From Ministeria vibrans ATCC 50519 (taxonomy: Eukaryota > Protista > Filasterea): DNA of 64,000 nt. Positions 42,401-55,085 of the stretch are shown here, piece by piece (the first letter of the stretch is position 1; each line of letters opens with the position of its first letter). The notes beneath the pieces were generated by a model that saw only the letters and a list, made by a program, of their open reading frames with translations, had not been told where the DNA came from and ran no database searches. Position numbers and translations under genes: made by a program. Location of the stretch: positions 22,989 through 86,988 of the forward strand of contig CALSCP010002128.1 of assembly GCA_943704425.1 (NCBI GenBank), given 5' to 3'.

Positions 42401-45400
42401 TTCGGAGGGCAACTGGAAATCTTCCGAGCATGTTTCCAAGCCAATTTCGCAGCCGGTCGAGAAGGGTGCCCACGAGTTGCCCATGTCGGTCGAGAAAGAC
42501 ACGACCAGGTCGTTGTCGCGCGACAACTGCGCGCCTGTGCTAGTGTTGGCACAGCCACCGAGAAGAGCATCAAACTGAAAGACGGTACCCTGTTGCACCC
42601 GTTGCACCAGGACACTGTCCATGGCCCACTCGGCGGTTCCCGCACCGCTATGTTGGATTTGGAGCCACTGGAAGAGCACTGCGGGTGCTTGCATGGCCGA
42701 CGTGAGGGGCACACGAACGAGAGTGGTGGTGGGGAAGTCGTTGATGTCGAGTGTGCGAATCTCTGCAAAGGTGTTGCCGCCGTTGACGGAGTAGCGCAGA
42801 CGGATATTTTGCGATGTGGCCGAGGCCGTGTTACAGTTGCCGCCACCACCAAATCGGAAGTAAAAGGCCAGCTCGGGCATGTTTTGCGTGTCAATGGGAC
42901 GTGTGACGACCAGACGTGGAACCTGGGCGCCATTCGCGAGCAGATAGTTGCCCTCAAAGAGAGGCGAGCATTGCGACGACGATGTGACCACTTGAGCACC
43001 CGACACTTGGGACCATTGAGCCGAGGATGGCCCTGCATTGGGCGCGTCCAAGTCGAAAGTGACATCAAAACGTGTCTCGGTGTCGGCCACGGCAACAAAG
43101 GGAGCCGTGATGAGCTGACGTACACCCCTGGTGCCGCCAAAACGCATCACCTGCGATGAGGATGAGCAGTAGACTGCCGTGGCATCGCCGTTGGGGTACG
43201 ACAAGAGGGTGGTCGGGGAAAGCGGGTCAAAGTTGTCGCTCAGTGAAGAGACCACGGGTGTCGGGCCCAAAAAAAAGTTATTAATGGACCACGTACCACC
43301 GGACGTGTCGGGCTGGAGGATGCGAAAGCGCACCGTCTCGTTGAGAGCACTTACCGAGTAGGCCACGTCAATGCGGTAGCCTGCGGCGCCGGCCACAGCC
43401 GCCTGTGTCGTGCCCAAATGCGTCCAAAGCATTCCGCTGTCGGTGGAGTACCACACTTGAACGCGCATTTGGCCGTTGGAAGAGGCGCTCGCGGACGCAT
43501 AGTCGGTGCACTCGTCGGCCGTGCCCAAGCCGTTGCTCCACGCGGAGGCGCGACCCACGGCAAGCGAGAAACGCAGTTGGTTGTTGCTGCCGGTCGTCTG
43601 TGACAGGAGCACATCGCGCGTCTCGAGGTAGCGACGCGCAGTAGAATTCATGATAAACTGTTCGTTGTCGCCGATGGGCCCGCACCCTGTGAGGGAGCTC
43701 GTGCCGCCCACGATAGCATGCCACACGTCGGTGCGCACCGTTGGCGAAGAGAAATTTTCAATGAGTTGCGACGGAAGGGAAGCCTGAACGGGACCACACT
43801 CTGTATTGGAAAGTGCTGTAAAGTCCGAGTTGCACGCGCATACGCCACCGCTGGTGCACTGTCCGCGTCCTTGACATGCACCCGGACAAGGGTTGCCCAC
43901 AAGCAACGACTCAACGGCCCACGCGTTTGCGGTCAACAATTCCGTGTTGGCGGGTTGCGACAGACGAAAGCGCGTGGCAGACGAGACTGCCGCGTCTCCC
44001 AGCGGCACATAGAGAGTGCGCAGCGTGTTGAAGGCGCTTGGATAGAGCGTTGACTCAAGGGGTACCTTGACACACCTATTGAGAAGGGAGGGGACACAGT
44101 CGCCGTTGACGAGTGTCCACGAGGCACCGTGGTCGACGCTCATTTCGACGGAGACGGCCGGCTCGTCAAGGGGCTCGCTAGTGGCGGAGCATGACCCACC
44201 CTGACGCATGGTGACGGCAAGGTACGACTCCTGAGTGGTTTGCACCTCGAGCGAGACATCATCGATGGCCCACATGTCTGCATTGGCCACACCCAAGTGT
44301 TGCGCCTGTCGCCACGTAAAGAGCGTGGCATTGGTGCGAGCAGCCAGGGGAAGAGGCAACTCGATGCGCGTCGTGACGACGGTCGACGTGAGTGTAGCCA
44401 GTGTGGTCGACGAGAGACCATCGTTGACGCTAAACGACACAATAATGTTGCTTGTGGTCGTGGTGTCGGCGTCACACGCATCGACGCCCGAGCCCGGCGC
44501 AAATTGAAAAAGAAAGACAAGCGCAGAGGCAGCGCGTGTGTCCATGGGTGTCGTAAGCGCCTGACGGGGAGAGGTGGAGGTAAAGAAGCGAAGTACATGA
44601 GAAGAGAATGGCGCCGCTTGCATGGGATCCAAGCAGGGACCGTCGCTGGAAATAGAACCACCCAGCACAGAGGCCCAGCGGGGCGCAACGGGCACCTCAC
44701 CCACGGAAAATTCGTCAAAGTTGTCGTACACGGGCTGATCGAGGAAAGTCATGCCGCTCACGGTGAGGTCGCGTGTGGTGAGTTGACGCACGCCAAAGTT
44801 GCCATCAAACACAACAGCGTCGCTGGTGGGATTGCCGCAGAAGGCCTGGCCACCGACACCGTTGGGGGCAAAGGGAAAGGAGTCAATGTCAAGATCGGCA
44901 TTGGGGAAAGAGTTGAAATCGAGTGAGGCAGGGTTGGCGGCAAACTCGGGTGCGACCCCGCCAATGAGGACGTTGTCAAGAAGCCACGTTTCGTTGGCAA
45001 ACACAGCACCAAGCTGACCAAAGCGGAACTGTACCATAGGCTTGCGAGCTTCAGTGGGTAAGTCAATGGCAAACGGGTAGCGAGCGGGCAACGACGTGTC
45101 ACTGCGATCGAGCGAGATGGTGGCAAGGATCGTAAACGTGGTGCCTGCGTCGAGACTGTACTCAACGTGAAATGCAGGCGGTACTTGAGCACTGGCGGAT
45201 GTCGGGTCGGGACAGTAGCGACCCAAAACAAACTGCAACGAGACAGCCTCGACGGTGTTTAGCAGGGCGGTGGCAAGCGAACGACGATCTTGTGCGTCGA
45301 AGAACAGCGCCGGTCCGTCAGCCATGGGAAGACAAGGTTGGGCGACAAGTTGGACGCCGGTGTCGTAGCGCCAGCGAGACACGTCCAGCGGAAACGAGTC

Positions 45401-48034
45401 AAAGGTGTCACGCAGCGAGGTAGGCAAAAGTCCCGCGTTGGGGGCACACGAACCCGAACCCGGATCGAGGGTGAATCCCACGTCGCAAGTGCACGTGATG
45501 CTAGGCGACTGGCACTTGCCGACGCCCGAACAGTAGAGGGGACACGCCTGGCCAATACGCAAGTTGTACAGCGCATACTGATTGGTGTTGGTGTAGGCGG
45601 TGGCGTCGGGCTGAGAGATGCGGAAGCGCGTTGAGGCCGAGAAATTTTCGGCCAAAAGAACAACGGTAATGTGACGCGGCTCGGCCGTGTTTGTGATCAA
45701 CGCGGCGGTGACCTTGTAAAATGTGGTCCAGCTGATGCCACGATCGAGCGAATACTCAATGTGCAGGTCGTCCAGGTAGGAGACTGCCGTGAGTGGTGAC
45801 GACGAGCACAATGGGCCCATTTTCACAGAGAATTCGAGCGAGGCGTCGCCCGTCGTGTTGAACGCTGACAAGTCCATGTCGATGGTGGACAGAGAGCGCA
45901 TGTGAGTCGTCGAGGTGGGACCAAACAAAAGAGTGTTGGGAGTGCCGCAAAAGGAGGCAATCTCGCCGCCCGGATGGAAGAGAAAGAGACTCTCGTCGAG
46001 CGCGGCGGACGCGGTAAAGTCCACGCTAAGGTCGGCAGGAGCATCGGCAGGCACCAGAGCAACATTGTCAATGGTCCACATGTCGCTGTTGTCACTGGGA
46101 GTCGATTCAAACTGCTCGAGGCGAAACACAACGGCGGGCAGATTAGCAAAGATGCTGGTGAGGGGCACCGACACTTGAGTGGGATTCAGGTAGGAGGAAG
46201 AGGGCAAGAACACTCCGTCGGTGAGAGCACGCCACGAAATGCCACCGTCGATGGATGCGAGCAAGTAAAGTGCGTATTGATCCGCTGTGGAGGCGACGGT
46301 GCAGCCCGGAGCGCCGCCATACTTGAGGCGGAACTCAAAGGCATAGGCAAGAGACGTGTTGAGCGGCGGGGTAGTGAGGTAGCGCACATTGGGCACGTTG
46401 TTTCCGCCCAGATCTACGGCGGCCCCGTCGTACACGACACCGCAGGCTGGAGTGCGCACTGTGCCGCCGGCGAGGGTCCAGCCGCTGGGGAGAGCGCCGT
46501 CGTTAAAGGTGAGACGCAGATCCGTGATGGCAGGGACATCTACGGGGGCGCAAGTGGTGTTGACATTGGCGTAGTCGGGTGCGTCACAGATGCAAATGCC
46601 TGATGCGGCAAGGCACGCGCCAAAGTTGAGGCAGGCGCTCAAGCACTGCTCGCCAATGTAGACATTGTCAATGGCAAACGTGTTGGTCGAGGTGACGTCG
46701 CTTCCGCCGGATGGGAATGCCTGACGAATGCGCACAAGAACATCCGAAGCGGGCACGCCCAAAGGTACGGTGACACGTCGCCAAGCGAGTGTCGAACTCT
46801 GTGCTGAGATCGCCGAGCGATCAAGGAGTAGTTTAGAAGCCCGATCCGCCAGCCCATCCGAGGCGACAGCCTGAGTGTAGGTGACACCACGATCGGTAGA
46901 CACCTCGACGACAATGGCGGCATTGCTGCCAAGTGAGTCGGGCAGAGCACACGCACTGGTGCCGGTAAACAGGTCAAATTGAAGAAAGGTGTAGGTGGGT
47001 GGGATGTAATTGCCATTGAGTACTCCGTAAACGTTGGAAACGCGGGCGATCACGACCGAGTAGAGTCCCCACGTATCCAGGTTGGCGCCAGTGCTAGACG
47101 ATTGCCTCCACCGAAACTGGGTAGCGGAAGTCTTAGCGGTCGTCGGCAGCGTGATGACCCGGTTGCGGGTAGCCACTGCGCCAATTTGAGTTTGCGAGTC
47201 AATTTGAACCCACCTTGTTGAAGTACCCGAGCTGTAATACTCGAGCACAATATCTTCTCCGAACTCGAGAGTGTTGCAATAGCCTATGCGGAGCGAGTAA
47301 GAGAGTGTCGAGGCGGTACGCGTGTCAATATAGACAGTGGTCGCTTCGCGAGGGCCTGACGCTCGGAATGTGAGTACGGATGGAGAGGTGCAAATGTCAG
47401 TAACGACAGCACCCTGAATCCTTGACCATTTGAGGCTGGATGGAGGCGAGGTGAGGGGGTCTTCGAAAAGCGGTGCGCTCGGGTCGCTGACGGGTGAGGA
47501 AATGGTAAAAGGACGGATAGTAGCGGAACGCTCGGCGGACGTCGACGTGCCTGTAAAGGCAAGGGTGTTTGTACGACCGCAGTAGGGTTGAACCGAGGCG
47601 CCATTGATGGTTGTCCACATTTCGTTGTTGATGGCGCCCGTCTCAAAGGAATCGTCGTATTGCGCGGCCGAGGTCGCATTGCCCACAAAAATCGTGTCGA
47701 TATACCAACCGTCGGTGAAAATGCTGTGGAACGGGAAGGAAGGAGTGCGTTCGGGGAAGAGTCATCGCGCGACGCTAGAAATCGTTTGGGTTACCTGTAC
47801 GCGGGTTGTTCCCACTTGAACTGGACGGTGGGGCCGCTCGGAATAGCCACGCTGATAAAGGTGGCGCCGGACGCGGAGTTTGCGTACGAAGCAATGGCGA
47901 GAAAGGGCGACGCGACATCGGTCCGATACGACAGCACCACAGGCGCTGTTGAGCTGAATGGCAGGCAGGAGCCCGTGCCGCCCAGCAGGATCCAGAAGCT
48001 CATGTGGGTTGCGCCTCTCGTGTCCACTTGCGGG
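24460..48034 (-). CDS. Giant Reelin-repeat/EGF receptor tyrosine kinase, 5'-incomplete; exons 48034-47795, 47723-25746 (contains the N gap) and 25524-24460
   Basis: At least 10 Reelin-like repeats (Asp-box SxDxGxTW, FRxxQ, WxIDxV, central EGF), 2 PA14, P-domain, L-domain, 2 Sushi and Ca-EGF arrays. TM segment IIIGAAAAVVCLLIVLVAILLVL. A phase-0 intron leads to the kinase exon with GKGNFG, AVK, HRDLAARN, DFG and LPVRWMA. Confidence 0.88.
27361..28757 (-). repeat. Near-identical 699-nt (6-EGF) tandem duplication inside the RTK, running into the assembly gap 28549-28645
   Basis: Sequence from 27361 recurs at 28060, and 28646-28757 repeats 28437-28548. Confidence 0.9.
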
Positions 48035-48161
48035 CTATTTTAAAGCAAGACAGAGAGAGAGAGAGTGTGTGTGTGTGTGTGTATTTTTTTTGAGAACGCG
48101 ATGTTGTCTTTTTTTTTTTTTCTCATCGGTCATACGTTTTAGGTTTGTGCAACATTTTTCA

Positions 48162-51100
48162 ATGGATCGGTACACATTGTCGAATGCGCTTGTCGATGAC
48201 GAAGAGGGGGATGTTGACATTGATGATGATGGTGTGGATGAGGGCGCGCTTGGGGTGAGCGTGGGGGACGCGGAGAGCGTGTTTCAAGGGGAGGACGGTT
48301 TGAATTTGGGGTTGGCCAATGATGACGGGCCTGCTGTCAGTTTCGAAGGGGAAGGAGGCGAAGAAAACGAGGCGGAAGACGGCGTCGTTGGGGTCGACGA
48401 TGATGATGACGAAGAGGACGAGGACGAGGACGATGGCGAGGCACTGCTTGGCCGTGTGCGAAGTCGTCCACGACCGAGCGGTTCGGAAGATTCCGATTTC
48501 GACGATGACATTGATCCACTGCAGTCGTCCGCCCAGAAGGACAAGAGCTTCCTTATGACTCGACGTCCTCGTCGGAATGAGGTCCGAGCGGCCACTGGCA
48601 AGTACTCGGGCGCTGCAAAACCGGCGTCACCCGCGAAACGGTCCAGAAAAGACGAGGGTGACGACAAGCACAAAAATTCCATGGATTGTGCAGAGGACGA
48701 ATACAACGACGCCACCGGTGACGCTGACGCTGACGGCGCGGACGGTGCTGAAGATGAGGGTGTCGACGACGACGGCGATGACGACGATGAAGATGATGAC
48801 GATGAGGATGATGATGATGATGAGGAGGAGGAGGAGGAGGAGGACGAGAGCGACGCCGAGCGCTACGCGTCTCTCTCGCTTGACGACTTCCCCAAGACGT
48901 TCAAGACGGGCGAGTCTCGGCCCAAACCCAACCTGAAAAACGCCATCCCACACAATGCACTGCCCTTGCCCCGCTCCCACACTCCCATGCCCGTTGGCGT
49001 GCCCGACACAGCCGGACGCAAGGACAAGGGCCCACCCGCGAAGCGACGCAAGGTTGAAAATGGCGCAGCCGAGCCAGTCGTTGACATAACGACCACCAGC
49101 AACACAACGGCCACGGAGAGAACAATTTCCCCTGGCACAACATCACCTACCAAGGGCAAACAGCCCAAAGTCATCACCCCCATTCAAATGGTCCGACCTC
49201 CACCTGCACAGCTTCTCTGGTCGCACTCACAAATGGACGACAAAGACGGTATGCAACAATCCATAATAAGGATATTAAATTAAATTTATTATTATAATTA
49301 TTATGTTTATAATTTATTATAATTATTATTATTATTATAATTATTATTATTATTATTATTACTATTATCACGTCTTATTCTTTTATATAATTTTATCATC
49401 ACGCCTTATATTCTTTTATTGTATTAATTTTATTATTCTTCTTATTATTATATGAACAGTGGACGAGTTTGTATCCAAGTGGGCGTCCGTCGACTCGCGT
49501 GGCGTCGGTCACTCTCTCCCATTGTGTCTTGTTGTGCTCACCGAGTGCGACTACGACACCTCCCTCGCCGGCATCTGTCTCCAATCAGTGCCCCACAATC
49601 TCATTGATCATCGCCAATTTGGTACGAGTTTATACCAAGAAGCCTTGGTGTGAACACGTTCTCATTCCTTGATTTTTTTTGTAGACAAATGGACTTACAA
49701 GGAGATTCTGTTGTTTGAAGACGCCATCGAATCCCATGGAAAGCGTCTCCCGGCTCTCTGCCAATCCGTAAGTGTAAATCTAGTGCACCCCTTTTGTGTC
49801 CGTGATTAACGTACATATGTTTTTCTTCTTCTTTTTTTCTTGCACCACAGATGAAGGACACATCCAAGAGTGCGCTGGACATTATGGACTTTTACTACAC
49901 TTGGAAGAAGACAGAGCGATGCGACCGCATTCTCATTCAAGCGTCCGTTTCCTTCAAGCGACAGCGTCTCTCCAATCGCCTCAGACACTACCGGTACCCA
50001 TACGCATGCACACCCACCCATACTTACCCACACATACATAACCACACATACATACCCACACACACATACACACATACATAAACTTACCGCATCGTATCCG
50101 CTCTAACACACTCTTTCATTTTTTTTTTGCATAGTGGCAAAACGTCAAAGGGAACTCACAAATCACACCGCCGTCGCCTCGCGTCGCTGGGCGCCAGCAA
50201 TGCTATGATTGCAGCTGCTACGATGAAGCTGTACGCAAGCACTCCAATCTCCCAGTCACAGCCACACCAGCCGGGCTATCTCTGCAAGCGTGAAAAGAAG
50301 AAATCTGCTACTACTGCTGCTACAGCTGCTGCCACTGCTACTGTCGCTACCCCCTCTTCTTCTGTCACGGATGCGACTGCATCGGCTGCAATGGTTCCAG
50401 ACAGTGTCGAATCACCTACGGTCGCCACCGAACGTCAACGACACGCTCTCGAGGAGCACCGCCGCCTGCTCAAGGAGATTCACAGCAAGTTTGTCCAGCG
50501 TGCTCACAAGAACCAACACCGTCGCCTGCACGCCATCATGTATCTCGAACGTCGCCGCCTCCTCATTGAGACACGCCGCAAGGAACGAGAACGCAAGATT
50601 CAAAAGAGGGAACGCGAACTCGCTGAACGTCGCACGTGGGAGCAGCACCAGCGCAAGGCCAAGGAGGACGAGGCGCGACGCCAGCGTCTTGCTGAGGAGA
50701 GACGCGTACGCGACGAACGTGTGCTCGACAAGAGTGCCACGTCGTTGCGCGCGGAACGTGAGGCGCGCATCAAGATGCAGAGCGAGCCTAAACAGCAGGC
50801 GTATCAACAGATGCAGGCACAGGAACTACGCAAATTTCGCGCCCAAATGCAAGCACAGCAGCAGGCTCATGGGTTCCAGCCCAGCATGGAGACAACACAC
50901 CTGGCCCCACCGCCTCTGCTCGCCGCCATCTCCTCCCGCGAACTCCATCAACAACGCCTCCTCTACCAACAGCAACTCCAACAACATATGCGCGTGCCCC
51001 ACTCCGTCGCTGCCAACATCCTTCACCAGCAACAGATGCAATTCCAGCGCAGCCATGCACCCCAACCCCAACCACAACATCAGCCACCATCACTGACGTC

Positions 51101-51728
51101 ACATGCACCCCAAGCGATCCAACCACGACCCGGCTCGCGTGCCTACCCGCCACCGGGTTTTCCAACACAGAGTAGTCTGCAAATGCAACAGTTTCAGCAA
51201 ATGCAAATGCAGCACCAAGCGCGTCGTCAACAGATGCCTAGCGTTGCTCCTCCAGACAAGCGATCCCTCACCCTCCAGCAGCAGCACGAGTTTCGTATGC
51301 GGCTGCAGCAGGAGCAACAGCATGCGATGCAACAGCACCGATTGGTGCAACAGCGAGAAGAAATGCTCAGGCAACAACACGCGCAGCTGCAACAGCAGCG
51401 TCACGAGCGTCTGCAGCAAGTGGAACAACAACGGTCTGCGGCAGCCAACGGCAAAGCGGGGGGCGCGGCAGCAACGGTGGTTCCCGTTGCCGCCCCCACT
51501 GTCGACCACCAGGAGGAGACTCTCGACGAGGCTGCCAACAATGCCTATTACGAGGTAGAGAAGATCCTCAACTATCGTGTCAAGGGTCGCGAACGCCAGT
51601 TCCTCGTCAAGTGGGCTGGCTACACCTCCGAGTGGAACACCTGGGAACCCGAACAGAACCTCGCCAACAACATTGTCTTTCACAAATTTATCAAGGTGAA
51701 CAATCTGCCGCCGCCAGCCAACTCCTAA
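48162..51728 (+). CDS. ELM2-SANT (MIER/RERE-like) corepressor with a Q-rich region and C-terminal chromodomain; exons 48162-49248, 49460-49621, 49685-49767, 49851-49993, 50135-51728
   Basis: Acidic N-terminus; QLLWS...VDEFV...LTECDYDTSLA (ELM2-like); WTYKEILLFEDAIESHGK...IMDFYYTWKKTER (SANT); YEVEKILNYRVKGRERQFLVKWAGYTSEWNTWEPEQNL (chromodomain). All splice phases are compatible. Confidence 0.8.
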
Positions 51729-52204
51729 GAGACTAAGTGTGTCACCGTTATTTTCACACAGTACACAATAATAATAATAAAAAAAGATACTAATGATAAG
51801 AATACAATGAATGAGAGCAGTGCGCACGTTCATGACGAGCACAAGCCAGAAGACTGGCAACTGATGTGATTACTAAATACTAAACACTGAGTGATGATTG
51901 ATGAATGCACCTTTCCAGTAGACGGTAGCGCCATTGATATATATCGCAACTCAAAAAAAAAAAAAAAAAAAAAACGATACCTCTACGCTAGGTATGACTC
52001 AGACTACACGCCCTCTGTGACACTGGGTGACGGTGATGAGTGAGAGAAATGAAAATGGACGAATTGACTATTGACTTGATCGGATGATCAAGACAGAAAC
52101 GATTAACTTTTTTTTCAACGCGACAAGGAGAGCTCCTGTCTTCTTGCGCGAGAAACAACATTGGACGTACTCTTTGACAGCCTTGTCGCTTTGTCGCACG
52201 CCCA

Positions 52205-54858
52205 ATGCAACAGACAGGCGATGCGGGGCCTTGGAGCGAACTCGCCAAAGTGAAGTTACGCCCTGAGATCCTCGAGTCGCTCCACGAGGCGGGGTTCCCG
52301 AACATGACGCCCGTGCAGTCGGCGTGCATTCCTTTGCTGTGCACCCACAAAGATGTAGCGGCCGAGGCGGTGACTGGCAGTGGGAAAACTCTCGCGTTTG
52401 TCATTCCTCTTTTTGAGATTTTACTGCGTCTCGAAGAACCACTGAGACCTCACGATGTGGGCGCGCTCATCATCACGCCAACACGCGAATTGGCAACGCA
52501 GGTACGAACCCTTCCCCTCCGTCGCGGTGCACACGCGAGCGGACCAACCCGATCGATTGACTCCACTCGCTTCGACCTGTAGATTGTGCAAGTGATTCGT
52601 GACATTCGTCCACGCGACTCGACACTCTCGCTTCGCTTGCTCATTGGTGGCGTCGAGCTCATGGAAGACGAAAGGTTGTTACGCGAAGAAGGTTGTAACA
52701 TCGTCGTGGCGACGCCAGGACGATTGCTGGACACAATTCGTCGCATGGGAACATCAAGTACGTTCATGTGGTTTGACTCGTTTTTCTGTGTGTGTCTCTC
52801 TCTCTATCACTTTGTTTGTTTCTGTCTATCACTTTGTTTGTTTCTCTCTATTACTTTGTTTGTTTCTCTTTATCACTTTGTTTGTTTCTCTTTGTCACTT
52901 TGTTTGTTTCTCTATATCACTTTGTTTGCTTCTTTCTGTCTCTATCACTTTGTTTGCTTTTCTCTCTCTCTGTCTCTATCACTTTGTTTCTTTCTCCCTC
53001 CCTCCTTTCTCTCTAAGTCGCCTTTTTCTTTTAGCTTTTTTTCGTCTGCGCACCCTCGAGCTGTTGGTTCTCGACGAAGCTGATCGGCTCCTCGACATGG
53101 GCTTCCATGACACTCTCAATGAGATTTTTGCTGTGCTTCCACGCCAGCGACGCACGGGACTCTTCTCGGCCACACAGACCTCCGCAGTCAACGAGCTTGT
53201 TCGTGCCGGTAGGGAGCGAGAACCACAAAAAGAAGAATGTTGTGTGTCTCTCTTTTTTTTTTTTTTTTTTTTTTTTGTGTGCTTGTGTGCTTGTGTACAC
53301 GTATGATGTATAAGTGTATGTGTTTGCAGTATGTGTTTTGTACGAATAGTACTCCTGTATGTGTATGTGTGTGTGTATTCGTGACTGGCTTTTTGTTTTC
53401 TTTCCTTACTCTCTTACCCCGCTCTCTGTCTCATAATCCAATCTTGTGCAGGTCTACGTAACCCAAACCGAGTCAAAGTCAAGGTGGCGCATCGCACGCG
53501 AGCGGATGCTGATCAGATGATCCCGTCCACACTCTCGTGCTTTTACAGTCTGTGCGAGAGCAACGAACTGCTTTTGCGTCTCTCGACGTTCCTGGCGAGC
53601 CACGCCGAGCGTCACAAGGTTCTCGTCTACTTTGCCACCTGTGCGTGTGTCGAGTACTTTGCCCTTGTGCTCGCCCATCAAACTGCCTTCCCTTCCCTCA
53701 CACAAGTCAATGTGTTTGCGCTCCACGGCAAAATGGTCCAAAAGCGTCGTGAGGCGACCTACGATCATTTTCGCCTGGCCGACTCAGGTGCGGTCCAGCC
53801 AACAATTCCCTCCCATACTACTAACAAACACAATAATAATAATTATTATAAATGCAGGAGTGTTGATATGTACGGATGTGGCGGCGCGCGGACTGGACAT
53901 GAGTGACATTGACTGGGTTGTACAGGTGGATCCGCCGGCCGACCCTGCGACGTTTGTGCATCGTGCAGGTCGCACTGCGCGTGCGGGACGCCTTGGCAGT
54001 GCGCTGGTGCTGTTACGTTCGCACGAGTGGGATTATGTGGACTTTCTCAAGCGAGTGCAGCGCGTGCCCTTGCGTGAACTGAACACATTGCCTGCTCTTC
54101 CTTCTTCTTCTGCAACTGGGGAAGCAGGTGAAGCAGGGGCGTCATTGGAGGATGCAGACGACGTGGCGTTGGGAATGCGCCAGGCTGCCGCGGCCGTGGT
54201 GGAGCGAGTACAGAGTGTCGTGAGGCGCGACCGTGAGCTGTATGAGAAGGGCCAGCGTGCTTTTGTGAGCTTTGTGCGTGCGTACAAGGAGCACCAGTGC
54301 TCGCTCATTTTCAAGATGAAGGACTTGGACCTGGGGCGTCTTGCGTGTGGCTATGCGCTTGTGCGACTGCCGCGCATGCCCGAACTCAAGGCGGCGCGTC
54401 CCGACACCATTGCCGCCTGGTTCACCGACGTGGTCACGGGTGAGGAGGCGGACGCCATTCCGTATCGCGACAAGAAGCGCGAACAGCAGCGCAAAGTGCG
54501 CGACGGGAAACGTCAGAGGGAGCGCGAGGAGACGGAGGGCGAGCGAGCGGAACGTGGTGAGGCGCGAGAGGCGAAACGTGCACGCAACGAGTCGTGGAGC
54601 AAGGCTAAGGAGGCGCGCGAGAAAAAGCGTGCCAAAGAGGAGAAGAAGGCGCGTGCACAACGACTCCGTCTGCTCCGCGACGGAGCACATGGTATGCCCG
54701 ACAAGACGAAAGGGGAGGCGGAGGAGGACGACGACGAGGCGTGGATTGCCGAGGACACACGAATTCTCAAGAAGATGAAGAAGGGCAAGGCCAAAGTGAG
54801 TACCAAGTCGTTTTTCATGCTCGACGAATTTGACAGTGATGCTGAAGAGGACGACTGA
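52205..54858 (+). CDS. DDX55: DEAD-box RNA helicase DDX55/Spb4 (multi-exon)
   Basis: [56 protein letters not shown], and the Spb4-type C-terminus [18 protein letters not shown]...LPRMPELK. Confidence 0.93.
52797..52996 (+). repeat. Intronic minisatellite of about 21-nt units (tctctatcactttgtttgttt)
   Basis: About nine degenerate tandem copies in a DDX55 intron; the same core recurs in other introns. Confidence 0.85.
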
Positions 54859-54979
54859 CACACACACACGCACACACACACCGCAGACACAACAAACCTT
54901 TTTTTTAAAAAATGTTGTAAAATTTTGTCATACGAAATACAGGAGAGAAGTTGTTTCATTTTTGATCGGCAGCTCAAAC

Positions 54980-55085
54980 TCACAAGACGACACAGCCGCC
55001 CTTCTTCACGTACGGGCTCTCGTCCACCTTGCCCCAAATGTGGGTCACAAGCGGGTCTTGGGTGTCGCCAACGAACTTCTTCATC
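54980..55085 (-). CDS. Orphan last exon of a heterotrimeric G-protein gamma subunit (...MKKFVGDTQDPLVTHIWGKVDESPYVKKGGCVVL*)
   Basis: Polypyrimidine tract plus CAG acceptor at 55088-55086; DPL..WG..PY motif and C-terminal CaaX (CVVL). No upstream Ggamma exon was found. Confidence 0.75.

Noticed and set aside
51830-51900. Possible C/D box snoRNA (TGATGA/CTGA-like motifs)
   Set aside because: Boxes are imperfect or in the wrong order, with no terminal stem or recognisable guide.
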